A stretch of 64,000 nucleotides of DNA from an uncultured bacterium (GCA_903857865.1 CAIOGO010000006.1:66511-130510), one strand, 5' to 3'. Shown: positions 9,929-19,108, counted from the stretch's first letter. Notes: a model not told the origin generated them from the letters alone. Program-made: numbers and translations.

Positions 9929-10897
9929 TTACTTACCCGTCGTGGGCGTCGTCGCCGGCTTCACCGTCTCGGTGCCGACCGGCTCCTCGCCGAGCAGTCC
10001 GCCCAGCGAGAACTCCGCCGACAGCACGAGCGTGTTCCCCAGCGTCTGGTTCAGGACATACGCCGCGTCCACGTACAGGCCCGCCACGTTGATCCCTGCT
10101 CCAACGGTGAAGTAGTAGTCCTGGAAGTTGTTCGTCAGAACCACGCCGCCGCGCAGCGCCAACTCGTTGATCACCTTGAACTCCACGCCAACGTGCGTGT
10201 CCCCAAGGCTCGATCCGTCAAAGTCGACGTCCGTCGCCAGCACCAGCTTGTTGTCCGCCAGCTTCATCGCAATGCCGGCCTTGTACATTCCGGTGATGGT
10301 GTCCTTCGCGCCGCCGGACCAATCGAGCGCGCTGCCCGCAAGGTCCTTCGCGTTCACGCCGATCACGAACATGTCGCCAAGGCTCACCAGCAAGCCGAGG
10401 TCAAAGCCAAACCCACTGGCCGTGTCCCCCAGTCCGCTGTCCGCCATGTAGTACTTCACGTTCGCGCCCGCCATCGCGACGTCCATCACGTTCGTCGCCA
10501 GCGATCCAACGATCGCCTGCTCCGTCCACGTGAACGTCTCGCCGATCGTGCCTTCCCCGTCCACTGCCTGGCCGTCGATGGCAGCTCGCTCCCATCCAAG
10601 GCCGACTCCGAGGTTGGCAAACGTCGTCACGGCACCGACGTACTGGTGCGTAACGCCCAGTCCGTACAGGTCCGTCGACATCCCCGCCAGCCGCGTGTCG
10701 TTCAACAGTGCAAGACCCGCGGGATTCCAGCACGCCGCCGTCGCGTCATCCGCGACCGCCACAAACGCTCCACCCATCGCCAGAGCACGCGCGCCAACTC
10801 CATTCTTGAACGCGCTGAACGCTCCGATGCCGTCCGCCATCGCGACCGCGGACAGGACCAGGATGAGCGCTAGACTCACAATCATCGCTCTCTTCAT
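9929..10897 (-). CDS. PorV/FadL-like outer-membrane beta-barrel protein
   Basis: Start ATG at 10897 (MKRAMIVSLALILVLSAVAMA signal peptide). The N-terminal motif GARALAMGGAFVAVADDATAACWNPAGLALL is the hallmark of the PorV/FadL/TodX family. It sits between two T9SS-cargo-like paralogs. Confidence 0.6.
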   Translation of the reverse strand: MKRAMIVSLALILVLSAVAMADGIGAFSAFKNGVGARALAMGGAFVAVADDATAACWNPAGLALLNDTRLAGMSTDLYGLGVTHQYVGAVTTFANLGVGLGWERAAIDGQAVDGEGTIGETFTWTEQAIVGSLATNVMDVAMAGANVKYYMADSGLGDTASGFGFDLGLLVSLGDMFVIGVNAKDLAGSALDWSGGAKDTITGMYKAGIAMKLADNKLVLATDVDFDGSSLGDTHVGVEFKVINELALRGGVVLTNNFQDYYFTVGAGINVAGLYVDAAYVLNQTLGNTLVLSAEFSLGGLLGEEPVGTETVKPATTPTTGK

Positions 10898-10973
10898 CGC
10901 TGCCTGTACCCCCTTTGTAGGGTTGCAGAGTCGGGTTGCCGGACTCGTCGCCCGGCAACCCGTTTTCGCTTCC

Positions 10974-13900
10974 TTACCGGTTGATGAACAACGTTCCCTT
11001 ACCATTGAACGTGTCCGTCCCGTCCGTCGCCGTCACTAGGTAGATGTACGCGCCGTTCGCCACAAACGCGCCGCCGTCGTCCTTACCGTTCCAGACGATC
11101 TTCGTCACGTTCGCCAGCTCGCTCGCCCACACCACGTGCCCTGCGAGGTCGTATACCGTCACCGACATCACCGAAGCAATGCCGCTTCCCTTGTATGCAA
11201 ACGTCACATCGCCAGCCGACGGGTTCGGCCCTGCGTAGAAGCTCGTAACATCAAGCTTGCTCGCGATGATCGTGATCGTGTCGGTCGACGTATCGGTCGG
11301 ATCCGTCGGATCCTTGTACGTCGCCGTGATCGACGTTCCCGCCGTCAGGTTGAGATCCAGTCCGGTCGTGATGAACGTGTCCGTTGGCGCACCGGCGAGC
11401 GGCGCAAGAGCGTACGTTACCGTACCGATCGTCACCGCACCCGCCAGCGTCGTCGCCCCGGCGTGAGACGGGTCGACGACCTTCACGTACACCAGGTCCG
11501 CGTCCGTGTAGTTCACCACAGCGGCGCCCGTTGCATTCGTGAATGTCGTCGTCGACGACTGCGACGCAGGCGTAGTGCCGCCACCAATGCCCACCTTAAC
11601 CTGGATCATGGCCGAATCCGAGTGGTTCGACGGATCCTGGTAGTAGGCCACAACCGTATCGCCCGGCAGCGCGCCGAGCGTCGGCACGCACGTGTACACG
11701 TTCACCAGGTCGACGCAGATGACCGACACGAAGTCTCCCGTGGTCACGCCCGTCTCAAGAAGATCGAGCGCCGCCCACTGGCCACTCCGCGGGTTCAACA
11801 CGTACACCTTGGGATACGAGTACTGATAACTGTTGTACTGAGCGTCTCTGGCGCTAGCGTCAGAGAGTCTGCTGAAGATGTTCGTGTCGCCGAACAGCGC
11901 GTTCAGCGGGTTGATGTACGTCCGAGTCCAGTCGCAGACGAACCCGTTCAAGGCCCGGGGTCCGAACGGCATGTTCTGGTTCTTGTCCCAGAACCCGTCG
12001 ATGCGCTCGCGGCGCAGCGTGTCCTCGTTCTGATCCGCGTCCACCACTTCGATGAACACGCAGTCCGAGTTCACGTAGCCAGACACGCGGTTGCCCTGCC
12101 GGTCGAGGAAGTACATGGTGACCGACTGGCCGTTGTACACCTGCGTGTCCGCGATCTCCATCAGGTCGAACGACACATCGTTCGCCACGCGGATCCGATC
12201 GATCTTCGGCGGGAACGCGGTGCTGGCCGTGCTCGCAAACGTTTCGTCGCCGAGACCGCCCATGCCTTCAAGGCCGGTCACATAGTACACGTCGTTGTAC
12301 TGCACGTAGACGTGGTCCTCGTTGAACACCTCGAGCTTCCAGTTGTCAAGATTCAGCTGGTAGCCGCCCGTCTTGGACGGCTCATTCCCGATGCCCATTG
12401 CGTCCCACACCGGCAGAAGTTCCGTCCCGGCGTTGGAGAAGAAGACGGGCGAGTTCGAACTCGTCTCGTCGAGGATCAACCACTCGGCGTCGTCCCACTC
12501 GTGCGGATCGCAGATCGAGACAACAACCTGCTCCGGGCAGCACGGGTCAACGTTCGCGTTCGCGTCGATGACCTGCACGTACACCGGGTCGCGGCCGATC
12601 CAGAAGAGCTCCTTGTCCTGGCGCGTCGCGTCGGTGAACGACGTGATCGAGTGCTGCTTCTCCTCGATGTACGACACGCCGACTTGGAAGTCGTCCTCGT
12701 CGTTCGGGTCAATGTAGTAGGCCACGAGCACGTCGCGCACGCTCAGACTGTAGAACCCAAGATCCACGAGGATCGAGTTCAGGTTGAGCTGGAACACGCC
12801 CGTGTTCACGCCCGTCTCCTGCGCGTAGAACATCACTTCCGTGACGCCGTTCGTAGCGACGGTGTCGAAGAACGTGACGTTGCTCTGCGACTGGACCGGG
12901 TACTGCATGTAGTAGTTCCCAGCCATCGCAGGCCTTGTCGGGAACGTCAGGCCGCTGTTGTAGATGTTGTACCAGGCAATCGGCGCCGGCTTTGGCGCCG
13001 CAGTTGTCACAACTCGCTCGGTACCGTCGAGCTCAACGCCGCCGGTGCGCTTGAGGGCGCAGAACCCGGTCGGGCTGTCCCAATCACTCGCGGTCTGCAC
13101 GGGGTTCCACGACTCGGGGTTCACGATGATGAACACCGGCACGTACTCGATCTCGTTGCAGTTCAAGTTCTCGTCCGCATCGGTCACCGTGATGGTGGCC
13201 GACCCGTTCGCGTCCTTGTAGATTTGCTGGTCCCACGTGACCGACCCCTTCGTGTCGATGATCTTCATCATCGCCGTCGCGACGTCGGTCGGATCGTTCT
13301 GGTCAACGACCATGCCGATCAGCGTGTCCATGTTCTCGAACCGGCCGTGCTCCTTCGTGACCCATGACGGAAGGGTGGTCAGAGCAGTAGGAAGAGCCAC
13401 GGTCTGTTTGCCACGGATTCCGTTCACGTACTCCCACTGTCCGAAGTTGGTGTTGTTTCGAGTGCTGTCGAACGGGCCATGGAAACCGTTCTTCGCCGAG
13501 AGGACTCCCGCGAAGTCGAGGCCGACCCAGTGAGTGTTCAACTCATCCACTCGGTAGTCGAGCCGCGTGCCGATCTGCATCGGCTGGCTGCTCACGAACA
13601 GACCCGTGTCGGCGCCCGTCTCCTCAAAGTAGACGATGTCCGCGGGTACGTCCTTCCCGGGATTGTGCCCAGGCTGGTAGTGGCCGTACGCGGCCACATC
13701 ATTGCCAGCTCTCGCCAGAGCAAACGCAAAGTTGATGTACGCGCCGGTCTTGGGATCGAACACCTTCGCGTCCGTCCAGAACTTGTCGCGCACGTCGCAG
13801 TCAATGTTCTCGTCCGGATCGTGTACGACCATCCAGACCTGGCTTCCTTCTTGCACATTCGTAACCCTTGTCTGGCCGTTCTTGTCGCTCGAGAAATACA

Positions 13901-14057
13901 GCTCCGAGTTCGTCGCGGCGGCAGAAAGGGCGAAGAACGCCATAACCAGAATCGTTACGACGCTCAGTACTCCCAGTCTCTTCTTCAACGTCCTACCTCC
14001 TTCGTAGTTCGAAGATCTCGCTTGTGTTCTTTCGCTTCGTTCATCTTGTTCGGTCAT
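10974..14057 (-). CDS. Large secreted protein, paralog B, with a T9SS-type C-terminal sorting domain
   Basis: Start ATG at 14057 (MTEQDE...LKKRLGVLSVVTILVMAFFALSAAATN signal peptide). The C-terminus reads ...SVTVYDLAGHVVWASE...WNGKDDGG..NGAYIYLVTATDG...GKGTLFINR. Long blocks are near-identical to paralog A, for example FYAQETG.NTGVFQLNLNS.LVDLGF... Confidence 0.8.
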   Translation of the reverse strand: MTEQDERSERTQARSSNYEGGRTLKKRLGVLSVVTILVMAFFALSAAATNSELYFSSDKNGQTRVTNVQEGSQVWMVVHDPDENIDCDVRDKFWTDAKVFDPKTGAYINFAFALARAGNDVAAYGHYQPGHNPGKDVPADIVYFEETGADTGLFVSSQPMQIGTRLDYRVDELNTHWVGLDFAGVLSAKNGFHGPFDSTRNNTNFGQWEYVNGIRGKQTVALPTALTTLPSWVTKEHGRFENMDTLIGMVVDQNDPTDVATAMMKIIDTKGSVTWDQQIYKDANGSATITVTDADENLNCNEIEYVPVFIIVNPESWNPVQTASDWDSPTGFCALKRTGGVELDGTERVVTTAAPKPAPIAWYNIYNSGLTFPTRPAMAGNYYMQYPVQSQSNVTFFDTVATNGVTEVMFYAQETGVNTGVFQLNLNSILVDLGFYSLSVRDVLVAYYIDPNDEDDFQVGVSYIEEKQHSITSFTDATRQDKELFWIGRDPVYVQVIDANANVDPCCPEQVVVSICDPHEWDDAEWLILDETSSNSPVFFSNAGTELLPVWDAMGIGNEPSKTGGYQLNLDNWKLEVFNEDHVYVQYNDVYYVTGLEGMGGLGDETFASTASTAFPPKIDRIRVANDVSFDLMEIADTQVYNGQSVTMYFLDRQGNRVSGYVNSDCVFIEVVDADQNEDTLRRERIDGFWDKNQNMPFGPRALNGFVCDWTRTYINPLNALFGDTNIFSRLSDASARDAQYNSYQYSYPKVYVLNPRSGQWAALDLLETGVTTGDFVSVICVDLVNVYTCVPTLGALPGDTVVAYYQDPSNHSDSAMIQVKVGIGGGTTPASQSSTTTFTNATGAAVVNYTDADLVYVKVVDPSHAGATTLAGAVTIGTVTYALAPLAGAPTDTFITTGLDLNLTAGTSITATYKDPTDPTDTSTDTITIIASKLDVTSFYAGPNPSAGDVTFAYKGSGIASVMSVTVYDLAGHVVWASELANVTKIVWNGKDDGGAFVANGAYIYLVTATDGTDTFNGKGTLFINR

Positions 14058-14619
14058 CGGAGGCACCCCCTGCACTCTTCCTTCACGCCTCCACCCCGCT
14101 TGTAGGGACACACGGTTCCACACGTTCCGCCCCACCACCTCCAGAGGGAAGCTCTATGGTCGGCTTCCGCTCGGCCTCGCCGAGTCCAAGGAACAAACGC
14201 TGCCCAGTGTAGCAGCAACGCCAAGTCGCATTCTCAATGACCAGCGGAAGTGGTTGCCCACCCCCCCATTTCGTGAGTCGCTCGATCTTACAGCACGCCC
14301 GCAACGTCTGTCAAGCGCGATCAGGACTGAGCCATCTCCCCATCGTACAGCACCCGGCATGGCGGGCGTCAACGTCTTCCGTGCCGCGTGGGATGAGCAC
14401 AATCCAGGACTCACCATGCGTGAACCACCTCCCGGTCGGTGTTTCTTTCCAGATCGCCCCAGGCTACAGCGTCTCGGGCCCCTCAACCTGTACGGTGGGC
14501 GCTCGCGACCTGCCTCCGGTCCGCCTCGGTGGGGACACGCGTCCGTGATCCGAACTACGCGGTCCGCGGCCGGCAGGGCGACGCCCTCGCCTTGACACGA
14601 TCGGCAAGGAGTCGATATC

Positions 14620-15345
14620 GTGGCTTCGTTGCCCCGAGGGGGAGGAGGAACCATGACAGCGAAGGGAACGAGACGGGTACTGGCCAGCCTCTTGGTTGCG
14701 GCCGTCCTTGTGGGGCTCTCGATGGCGGGGAACGCGGTGACGGTGGCGGTGAAGACGAACGGGGGGCACGTGCTGCAAGGGACCCTGTCCGGACTCGCCC
14801 CAACGCTGCGGCTGCAGGATCCTACCCCTCCCGTGGGGCCCGCGGCGCAGTTCGACATCCCTCTCGCGTCCATCGAGCAGATGTGGATCAACTTTCCGCG
14901 CGTCGTCATCGAGACGGCCGACCATGTGATCGTCGGTCCCTACTCGGCGTTCGCGGGCATCGCGCAACTGCTTAGGATCGAAGACGCGGGGAGCGTCACC
15001 GAGGTGCCGTTCGCCGCGGTGCAGGCGATCGCGTTCAACGGCGCCGCGTTCCACGCCTTGCCGCGCGAGTGGCTCGGCCGAGACTGGCTGAACCAGCGAG
15101 GCTACGTGGTGAACACGACGGCCGGAGCGGTCGGCGCCGCGGCGGCGACCGAAGCGGAAACCGAGCCCCTGATTGTGTCGGCTCCGCTTGCGGAGGGGGG
15201 CGACGAGGTCATCTGGAACGGTACGCCGCCGGCCGCGCCGGCGCCGACAGCATCGAGCGGGGAACTGCCGTGGTGGGTGCTGCTCATCGGTGTCGCGGTC
15301 GTGGTCGCCCTGTTCCTCTTCCTCCCAGCGGGCAAGGGGGCGTGA
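14620..15345 (+). CDS. Secreted protein with a C-terminal membrane anchor
   Basis: N-terminal signal peptide (RRVLASLLVAAVLVGLSMAGNA) and C-terminal transmembrane segment (LPWWVLLIGVAVVVALFLFLPAGKGA). A GGGGGAGGAGGAAC Shine-Dalgarno is present. Confidence 0.6.
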   Translation: MASLPRGGGGTMTAKGTRRVLASLLVAAVLVGLSMAGNAVTVAVKTNGGHVLQGTLSGLAPTLRLQDPTPPVGPAAQFDIPLASIEQMWINFPRVVIETADHVIVGPYSAFAGIAQLLRIEDAGSVTEVPFAAVQAIAFNGAAFHALPREWLGRDWLNQRGYVVNTTAGAVGAAAATEAETEPLIVSAPLAEGGDEVIWNGTPPAAPAPTASSGELPWWVLLIGVAVVVALFLFLPAGKGA

Positions 15346-15352
15346 GGGCCTC

Positions 15353-16642
15353 TTGAGGCATAGCCTTGAGGGGCACAACCTCAAGGGGTGGGGCCGCGGA
15401 GCTTCCGTCCTCGTTGCCCTTGTCGCCGCCCTCACGTCGACGGCGGGAGTCGATTCGCACGCGTCGCAGGTCCGCACCGAGTCGAAGCACTTCGTCATCA
15501 CCTACAAGGCAGGCACGTCGTTCGACTACGTGCAGCTCGTGCAGCGCGGCCTCGAGGCGGCCTACGACCTCTTCGTCGTCCGTTCGGCCTTCGCGACCTT
15601 CCCCACGACCGTCGAGGTGATCATCCTGGCCGAAGGCACAGGCAGCATGGGCGCGGAGTACCTTGAGACGGACGACGCCGGGAATTCTTCCCCCGTGATC
15701 GAGATCGCGCCCGAAGCGTTCATGCAAGCTGCCGCCGACGCCACCTCGACGGGCCTTTCGCTCACCGAGGCCGTGCTGTCGACGACAGCGCACGAGTTCT
15801 TCCACGTCCTCCAGGACTACGCGTCGCTCAACGGGGCGGGCGATGTCTCGGAGGCTGCGTTCATCGAGCCGCTCGCCACGGCCGTGCAGGAGATCGCCGC
15901 CCCGAACGCCAACGACTACATCGACGCGGCCGCCGACCTCCTGCTCGCCCCGGACGCGATGTCCTTCCTCAATCGCGGCTACGACGGAGGACTCTTCTGG
16001 GTCTTCGTGCTCGACCGCTACGGAGGTCTCAACGCCATTCGCCGCGTCATGAAGGCGAGCGCAACCTACGACGGCAGCCAGGCGATCGACCACGCGTTTG
16101 CCGCCGAGGGCTTCACGTTTCTCGATCTCTGGGCCAAGTTCGCCATCGCGCTCGCGACGAACACCCTGCCGGACGCAGGCGTAATCGCCAAGCTCCTCGC
16201 GTCCTGGCGCTCGGAGCTCGATCTTCCCGGCCTCTACCTGCCCCCGGCGCTGGCGGTCGCGGACTGGACTGGAGCCCCAGCGATCATGGATCGCGTCACC
16301 GAGACCTCGCCGGCCGACGCGCTCCTCGGCACCTCGGACAGCGCCCTAGGAGCTGGGCTCCTAGGAGCCCAGCTCCGCGTCGCCCACCCGTACGGCATCG
16401 ACATCGTGTCCATCCGCCCGAGGTCAGCCGCGCCTCTTGCCATCGCCGTCACCGCGTCCGCGGCCACCGACTTCCGCATCGCCGTCACGGGACGAAGAGG
16501 CGGCGCGTGGGAGCTCCTCTCCCTGTCGGGCCGCGAGATCGACGTGCCCAGCCCCCAGCGCTATGAGGAGATCCGCGTCATCCTCACCCGCGGCGAGACC
16601 GGCGACGGCTCGTACACCGTCCGGCTGTCAACGGGGCCGTAG
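15353..16642 (+). CDS. Secreted protein with an HExxH motif (putative zinc metallopeptidase), TTG start
   Basis: There is no in-frame ATG after the upstream gene's stop at 15345. TTG at 15353 gives LRHSLEGHNLKGWGRGASVLVALVAALTSTAG, a signal-like segment. HEFFH is followed by VLQDYAS. Confidence 0.55.
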   Translation: MRHSLEGHNLKGWGRGASVLVALVAALTSTAGVDSHASQVRTESKHFVITYKAGTSFDYVQLVQRGLEAAYDLFVVRSAFATFPTTVEVIILAEGTGSMGAEYLETDDAGNSSPVIEIAPEAFMQAAADATSTGLSLTEAVLSTTAHEFFHVLQDYASLNGAGDVSEAAFIEPLATAVQEIAAPNANDYIDAAADLLLAPDAMSFLNRGYDGGLFWVFVLDRYGGLNAIRRVMKASATYDGSQAIDHAFAAEGFTFLDLWAKFAIALATNTLPDAGVIAKLLASWRSELDLPGLYLPPALAVADWTGAPAIMDRVTETSPADALLGTSDSALGAGLLGAQLRVAHPYGIDIVSIRPRSAAPLAIAVTASAATDFRIAVTGRRGGAWELLSLSGREIDVPSPQRYEEIRVILTRGETGDGSYTVRLSTGP

Positions 16643-16696
16643 GTCTTCTAGGGTGGTTGCGTCTAGACGCCCGCGCACCATACCATTGGCTTGTCG

Positions 16697-16782
16697 GAGG
16701 GATGACCGAACGGCAAGGAACCGCTCTCGAAAAGCGGCAAGGCGGCAACGCCCTCGGGGTTCGAATCCCCGTCCCTCCGCCA
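16697..16782 (+). tRNA. tRNA-Ser (anticodon CGA), class II with a long variable arm and encoded CCA
   Basis: Acceptor GGAGGGA pairs with TCCCTCC. Anticodon arm CCGCT-CTCGAAA-AGCGG. Variable stem GGCG..CGCC. T-arm CGGGG-TTCGAAT-CCCCG. Discriminator G, then CCA. Confidence 0.85.
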
Positions 16783-16786
16783 GGGG

Positions 16787-16810
16787 CTGAGCGGCTGGCG
16801 CCGCTCAGCT
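16787..16810 (+). terminator. Hairpin immediately after tRNA-Ser
   Basis: GCTGAGCGGC-TGGC-GCCGCTCAGC, a 10-bp stem, with a weak U-tract. Confidence 0.4.
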
Positions 16811-16961
16811 TGGGAGTTCTGCCGACTTGCGCGGCTGCAGAACTCCTGCAGCGAACGGCCGTCGCGTATCGCGTAAGATGGGATGGTCAGGAGTTCCGCG
16901 ACCGAAGATGTGCGGAACTCCCTAGCGATGCTCTGCATCGCCGCGATGCAGAGCATCGCCT

Positions 16962-17035
16962 GCGCCCGTAGCTCAGTGGATTAGAGCGCCGGACTGCGGC
17001 TCCGGAGGTCACAGGTTCGAGTCCTGCCGGGCGTA
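16962..17035 (+). tRNA. Probable tRNA-Arg (anticodon GCG), no encoded CCA
   Basis: Acceptor GCGCCCG pairs with CGGGCGT (one G-U). D-arm GCTC-AGTGGATTA-GAGC. Anticodon arm CCGGA-CTGCGGC-TCCGG. T-loop TTCGAGT. The T-stem has one A-C mismatch. It resembles bacterial tRNA-Arg. Confidence 0.6.
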
Positions 17036-17041
17036 AAGACG

Positions 17042-17074
17042 ATGCGGGCCCTTCCGGGCCCGCATTGGCTTTTC
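17042..17074 (+). terminator. Rho-independent terminator after tRNA-Arg
   Basis: ATGCGGGCCC-TTCC-GGGCCCGCAT followed by TGGCTTTTCTCC. Confidence 0.6.
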
Positions 17075-17149
17075 TCCTGACCGGTGAGAAGCCGTTGGAG
17101 TTTCGCACGACCAAAGGGCGAAACTCCCCAGCCGCCCCGCAGGGCGGCC

Positions 17150-17224
17150 CAGGTTACGAGTCCTGTCGGGCGTAAAGCAGAGACCGGGGGCACGAGCGAC
17201 GTTGCGCTCGTGCCCCTTTGGCTT
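17150..17224 (+). pseudogene. Partial tRNA-Arg copy (T-arm to 3' end, 17150-17174) with its own terminator hairpin (17187-17224)
   Basis: CCAGGTTACGAGTCCTGTCGGGCGTA matches the 3' 25 nt of the tRNA. It is followed by GGGGCACGAGCG-ACGTT-CGCTCGTGCCCC and TTTGGCTTG. Confidence 0.45.
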
Positions 17225-17284
17225 GTCAAGCTAAGAGTTCGAGAACCATCCACGGCGCTCGAACTCTCAAGCGACTCCATAGGA

Positions 17285-17520
17285 GTCCCCCGTAGCTCAT
17301 GTGGATGGTAGTCCCGCATCCATCGATCGGCGGGACTCCTTAGCGACTCCTGTGGAGTCGCCCGCGTCGGACCGGAGTTCCGCAGCCACTCCCGGCGGAA
17401 CTCCCCAGCGATGCCTCGCCCTTGCGCGACGCGAGACATCGCCTGCGGTTCCGGAGGTCACAAGTTCGAGTCCTGTCGGGCGTAGAAGCGGGATGGGCAG
17501 GCGCGCCCATCCCGCTTTTA
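17285..17520 (+). pseudogene. Degenerate tRNA-Arg copy split by a hairpin-rich insert of about 140 nt, plus a terminator
   Basis: The 5' part (17285-17310, CCCCCGTAGCTCATGTGGATGGTAG) resembles the tRNA's acceptor and D-arm but lacks a pairing D-stem. The 3' part (17453-17485, CTGCGGTTCCGGAGGTCACAAGTTCGAGTCCTGTCGGGCGTA) matches the tRNA from the anticodon loop to the 3' end. A terminator follows at 17488-17520 (GCGGGATGGGC...GCCCATCCCGC TTTTACTTTC). Confidence 0.4.
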
Positions 17521-17677
17521 CTTTCGGCGGTGAGAGCCTGTCGGAGTTCGCGCACGCGAACTCCAAAGTCACCCGCCGTTACATGTCTTTGGTGGCGTTG
17601 GGCCAGGTTCAGACAAGCGGGCCCGCTGGCGATCGCGCGAAGGCGGAAGGAGTGCTGTTGGAGCAACTCGTGCGTAG

Positions 17678-19108
17678 ATGCCTACGCCGAGGATCAGGCG
17701 ACCTCGGTACACCACCACCTTGACGGACGCGGCCCGCTTTGGCTACCCTCAGCGGAGGGTGCGGCTTTCCGAGTACGGGGTCGCACGGGGGTGGGGTGTG
17801 CGTCCGGTCGCCGGTCTTCTACGGTTCAAGCTCCGAAAGACGACTGACGAGATCGACTCCGTGCTCACTCATCTTGTCCGCGACGTTGGGCGTTGGGTGC
17901 CCTTCTACCGAGATCTGTTCCGCAACGCGGGGATCGACGTCGCCCGCTTCCGCGGCGCCAGGGATCTTGCGACGCTCCCTCGCTCCTCCAAGGATGCCTT
18001 CCAGGAATCCCCGGAGCGGGACTGCCTGCGACAGGGTCGTGACCCTCGACGGTGTGCGCGGACGAGCACGAGCGGCTCAACCGGCGCGCCCCTCACCCTC
18101 TACCTGAGCCACCCGGAGCTCTACTTCCGCCGCTATAGCGTGCTGACAGGTCTTCGCCACTACACGCCGCTTCGTTTTCCCGTGCGCGTGGCCGACGTGG
18201 GCTCCATGGTCCCTCACGGCGGGAGAAGCGCCGAGCAGAGCTTGGGGATTGTGCACCTCCTTCGCATCCCGGGAAACATGCCCTTGGCAGAGCAGCGTGC
18301 CGCGCTGCTCAGGCATCGGCCGACGATTCTACAGGGGTATCCAACGTGCCTGGAGCTCCTCGCCGAGAGCCTCTCCGAGAGCGAAGCAAGACAGGTTCGC
18401 CCTCTCCTCGTCGCCTGCCGCGGCGAGCAGCTGCGTCAAGGCACCCGTGACCTCCTCAAGCAGACCTTTCGCACACACATCGCGAGTCTCTACAACTGCG
18501 AGGAAGTGGGGAACCTCGCGTGGGAATGCCCTGACCGTGCCGACCGATTCCACGTGAACCGCGACACCTGTGTGCTCGAGGTGCTTGACAGCCATGGAAG
18601 TACGGCCGACGGGCAGGGGGACGTCTTCGTGACCAACCTGTACAACCGAACGATGCCGTTTCTGCGTTACCGCCTCGATGACCGGGCGCGGCTCGTTGGC
18701 CCCGCAGAGCGCACGTGCTCGTGCGGAGCGGCCGGGCCTTGGCTCGAGGACCTCAGCGGCGGCGAGGACGACTTCGTGTCGTTCCCCGACGGGCGGCGCA
18801 TGTCCCCGCTTCTTCTCTCGAATGCTCTCTTCGACGGCTTCCGCGCTCCCGGTGACCCGCATCGGCTCAGCCCTTCCGTTCGTCGTTACCAGATCATCCA
18901 GGAGGAGGATTACTCACTTCGCGTCATCCTCGACTGGCGAGGACCTTTCGACGCGGTCGTGTGGCGGCAGATTGCCTCCGAAATGAATCGGGCGAGTCAG
19001 GGCCTACGCTGCACGGTGGAGAGAAGCGCGGCATTCGAGCTCACGGCGGCAGGCAAGTTCAAAGAGGTCCTATCCAGGGCGCCGGTCGGAGCAGCGCAGA
19101 GATTCTAG
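17678..19108 (+). CDS. Adenylate-forming enzyme of the phenylacetate-CoA ligase (PaaK) / coenzyme F390 synthetase / CapK family
   Basis: AMP-binding motif TSGSTGAPLTLYLSH. Family-typical N-terminus ...WVPFYRDLFRNAGIDVARFRGARDLATLP.. Overall length and C-terminal domain fit. The true start is probably downstream of 17678; the first about 30 codons overlap the tRNA-repeat region. Confidence 0.65.
   Translation: MPTPRIRRPRYTTTLTDAARFGYPQRRVRLSEYGVARGWGVRPVAGLLRFKLRKTTDEIDSVLTHLVRDVGRWVPFYRDLFRNAGIDVARFRGARDLATLPRSSKDAFQESPERDCLRQGRDPRRCARTSTSGSTGAPLTLYLSHPELYFRRYSVLTGLRHYTPLRFPVRVADVGSMVPHGGRSAEQSLGIVHLLRIPGNMPLAEQRAALLRHRPTILQGYPTCLELLAESLSESEARQVRPLLVACRGEQLRQGTRDLLKQTFRTHIASLYNCEEVGNLAWECPDRADRFHVNRDTCVLEVLDSHGSTADGQGDVFVTNLYNRTMPFLRYRLDDRARLVGPAERTCSCGAAGPWLEDLSGGEDDFVSFPDGRRMSPLLLSNALFDGFRAPGDPHRLSPSVRRYQIIQEEDYSLRVILDWRGPFDAVVWRQIASEMNRASQGLRCTVERSAAFELTAAGKFKEVLSRAPVGAAQRF

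Noticed and set aside
11136-13367. 743-aa ORF on the plus strand
   Set aside because: It is antisense to paralog B. The translation is Arg/His-rich garbage, while the minus-strand frame carries a signal peptide, conserved domains and a C-terminal sorting domain.
15173-15352. Upstream extension of the HExxH ORF (track start 15173)
   Set aside because: It overlaps the upstream gene in another frame with no motif content. TTG at 15353, right after the upstream stop, preserves the signal-like segment.
14154-15501. Minus-strand ORFs of 251 and 345 aa
   Set aside because: They overlap the plus-strand 14620..15345 gene (signal peptide, C-terminal anchor, Shine-Dalgarno) and the intergenic promoter region. 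Their composition is Arg/Pro/Gly-rich.
17281-17485. Intron-containing or split functional tRNA
   Set aside because: The 5' portion lacks a pairable D-stem and has acceptor mismatches. The insert is a string of simple hairpins of about 140 nt, too small and unstructured for a group I intron. It is better explained as a decayed duplicate.
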